Below, piece after piece: positions 61,340 to 64,000 of a stretch of DNA of 64,000 nucleotides (positions are counted from its first letter, which is position 1; each line of letters starts with the position of its first letter). A program made the position numbers and the translations under genes. Source of the stretch: Octopus bimaculoides (lineage: Eukaryota); the NCBI RefSeq assembly GCF_001194135.2, contig NC_068981.1:58263136-58327135 (forward strand), written 5' to 3'. The notes beneath the pieces were generated by a model. The model had not been told where the DNA came from. It ran no database searches and was given only the letters and a program-made list of their open reading frames with translations.

Positions 61340-61829
61340 ATTTGTTTGCGATTGAACCAAATTCGATGACTGGCACCTGTGCCAGTGGAGCGCTAAGAGC
61401 ACCATCCGAGCGTGATCATTGCCAGATCAGCTGTCTGGCTTCCGTGCCAGTGGCACGTAAATAGCACCATTTGAGGGTGATCGTTACCAGCGTCGCCTTC
61501 CTGGCACTTGTGCCAGTGGCACGTGGAAAAACATTCGAGCAAGGCCGTTGCCAGTGTCGCTGGACTGGCTCTTGTGCAGGTGGCACGTAAAAAACACCAT
61601 TTTGAGTGTGGCCATTGCCAGTACTGCCTGACTGGCCCTTGTGCCGGTGGCACGTAAAAGCACTCACTACACTCTCGGAGTAGTTGGCGTTAGGAAGGGC
61701 ATCCAGCTGTAGAAACTCTGCCAGATCAGATTGGAGCCTGGTGCAACCTTCTGGTTCGCCATTCCTCAGTCAAATCGTCCAACCCATGCTAGCATGGAAG
61801 GCGGACATTAAACAATGATGATGATGATC
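61340..61829 (+). mobile_element. RTE 3'UTR-only insertion with internal repeats and (GAT)n tail
   Basis: Repeated GCCAGT...GACTGGC...GTGGCACGT units, then GTTAGGAAGGGCATCCAGCTGTAG and the tail. Confidence 0.9.
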
Positions 61830-62130
61830 CCTCAGTTGGATCAACATTTGGCAGGCTCTCTTTCTTCCATTCATTCTCTTCATTTAGCAACCTTTCATCG
61901 AGGTGTCTCTATATCTCTTTCTTTGCAACATCATTAACTTCAGTTGAGCTATCATCCATACGGACACATTTCTCTCCTATAACATTGTGATTTTCTTTCA
62001 CACACTATCTTGCAATTTGAAACACTTCAAGTCTTTGGCCCTCACGATGCAGAACATTGGCAAATCACTTCTTTTCTTCTTCTCCTCTGGCTAAGTAAAC
62101 CTGTCTCCTAGCTTTCCTTCTGACTATCTA
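61829..62130 (-). mobile_element. RTE LINE linker-region fragment
   Basis: Minus frame ARRQVYLARGEEEK..FANVLHREGQRLEVFQIAR...LLNEENEWKKESLPNVDPTEG. Confidence 0.75.
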
Positions 62131-62339
62131 ATACAACTAAATAAAAAAAACCCGCTTCAAAGCACCCCAGCATGGCCATAGCCAAATGACTGAAACAAGT
62201 AAAAGATAAAAACCAAGACGCACATTATACAAATCCTTATTCCTCACCTTGTTTTTTCAGTTTTCTCAACAGTTTTCTCAACAGTTTTCTTTTGTTGAGT
62301 TTTACTAATTGGGGATGGAGTTTTAGTAGCATAGAAATT

Positions 62340-62630
62340 GGAAACTGACTGCGGCAGAACCCACTGATGTTTAGATAAAACAATTAAGGCTATGAAGACA
62401 GGGAAAGCCTCCAGCCCATCAGGAATCTCCATTGAGATGCTCAAAATATCTGGCTGTGTAGGCTATGATCTATTCACCCATATAGTTAACCAGGTGAAAC
62501 ACAAAGGAATCATGTCCAACGACTGGTGTAGCAGCACCATAGTCAACTGCTACAAAGGTAAATGTGATGCCTTATATACAAATAATTACAGAGGTATAAA
62601 ACTGTTGGACCAAGTGATGAAAGTCGTGGA
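62340..62630 (+). mobile_element. RTE RT N-terminal fragment
   Basis: MKTGKASSPSGISIEMLK...DWCSSTIVNCYKGKCDALYTNNYRGIKLLDQVMKV. Confidence 0.9.
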
Positions 62631-63689
62631 GTATTTCAATGCACAATGTGTTTTGTTCCTTCTGAAGGATATAGGCCTCGGCTGAAAAGGGATGAAAGAT
62701 CCCAAAAGTCTGAAACCTTAGAGTATAGCACTTGTTATACATAACATTGTGCTTATTCTGAATATTGATATCTATGATAAATTCAAAGTTCAAATGTTTC
62801 ATTTCAAATCTGGTAAACTACAGAAACTCTATTTAATAATCAAATCCACATTTAAAATGTTTTATCCAACTGTCATTATATATAAGAAATCTTTTAATAT
62901 TAGTTTTGAAATTAAAAGTGCAAGTCAACAAACAACTCATTAATTATCCATTCTAATCTAACACAATACTGCCAAAACATTGTCTGAGACTTTTGATGCT
63001 ATTATTGACAGTGCTGATGCTACATTGTACATATCATCAAGGATGTTATGGAAGCAAATATTGAACAGTAGATTATTATTACTGATAAGTTCCATGACAA
63101 ATACATTGATTCTAATCTTGTTTACATGCTATAACAGCTTTTTCCAACTGTTTTAGAAAAATATCAAGATAGGGAGAAATTTATTTTGCAGTTCAAATTC
63201 TACAGATTTCAATGAAATTCCAATGCTGTTATCTTTTAGCTTTTACTTGTTTCAGTTATTGGACTGCAACCATGCTGGGACACCACTTTTAAGGGTTTAG
63301 TTGAAAAAAATCAACCCCAGGACTTATTTTATAAGTCTGATACTTATTTTTTCAGTCTTTTTTACTAAGCCACTAAGTTACAGGAGTGTAAAAAAAACCA
63401 GTACCATTTATCAAGACATACACATATACATACATATTCCTCCCTATTTAGCTGTAAACTATTGCCAAACTAATCAGATCCACAGCCACAAGGAAGATGT
63501 CATTTCACTTCAACTAACTTTGCCTCAGTGACATTTAATCTTCAATTGTTTCCATTACCACCAGTTTATAAATACACATATCTAACAGCCATGCATACTT
63601 GTGCCACTTGATTTCCTCTTCTTATGTCACTGCACTCAGCAGGTGAATCAGAGTATCTGAGATTTTTCAATCAGTAAAAATATCAGTGA

Positions 63690-64000
63690 TACAAATAATT
63701 ACAGAGGCATCAATCTGTTAGATCAGGTTATGAAAGTTACAGAGAGGGTCATAGCCCCCAACTAATTAGGGAGCGAATCAATTTAGATGAGATGCAGTTT
63801 GGGTTCGTGCCAGGTAAAAGCACTACTGATGCCTTATTTCTAGTAAGACAGCTGCAGGAGAAATACCTAGCCAAGGATAAACCTCTGTACCTGGCTTTCG
63901 TTGACATGGAGAAAGCCTTTGACAGGGTCCCCCAATCCCTTATCTGGTGGGCAATGAGGAAACTTGGGATAGAAGAATGGTTAGTGAGAGCTGTGCGAGC
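63690..64000 (+). mobile_element. RTE RT domain fragment continuing past the window edge
   Basis: NYRGINLLDQVMKVTERVI..LIRERINLDEMQFGFVPGKSTTDALFLVRQLQEKYLAKDKPLYLAFVDMEKAFDRVP. Confidence 0.95.

Overview
AT-rich, repeat-dense eukaryotic genomic DNA with several assembly gaps (N runs). The repeat landscape matches what I recall of octopus (cephalopod) genomes: RTE-clade LINE fragments with (GAT)n tails, several tRNA-derived SINE families and many CA/TA/CATA microsatellites. That assignment is recognition, not a search result. None of the listed six-frame ORFs is an intact gene; they are LINE, mariner or Penelope fragments, microsatellite frames, or run through gaps. Reading splice signals by eye, I find a chain of short plus-strand exons (about 30.1-58.5 kb) whose joined translation begins like a Dbl-homology (RhoGEF) domain: KTDVVNEILQTERE...NYIHNL. 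A CpG-richer, promoter-like block lies at about 16-18.6 kb, with weak hints of a divergent minus-strand gene to its left. Other mobile elements are three mariner remnants, a piggyBac-type MITE pair, a MITE carrying TTAGGG repeats, a probable solo LTR, a Penelope GIY-YIG fragment, R4/Dong-like fragments and a long foldback inverted repeat. I see no rRNA, genuine tRNA gene or CRISPR array, and no convincing new biological system. The best leads are the micro-exon RhoGEF-like gene, the dsRNA-forming repeats in its introns, and some unusual retro-element chimeras.
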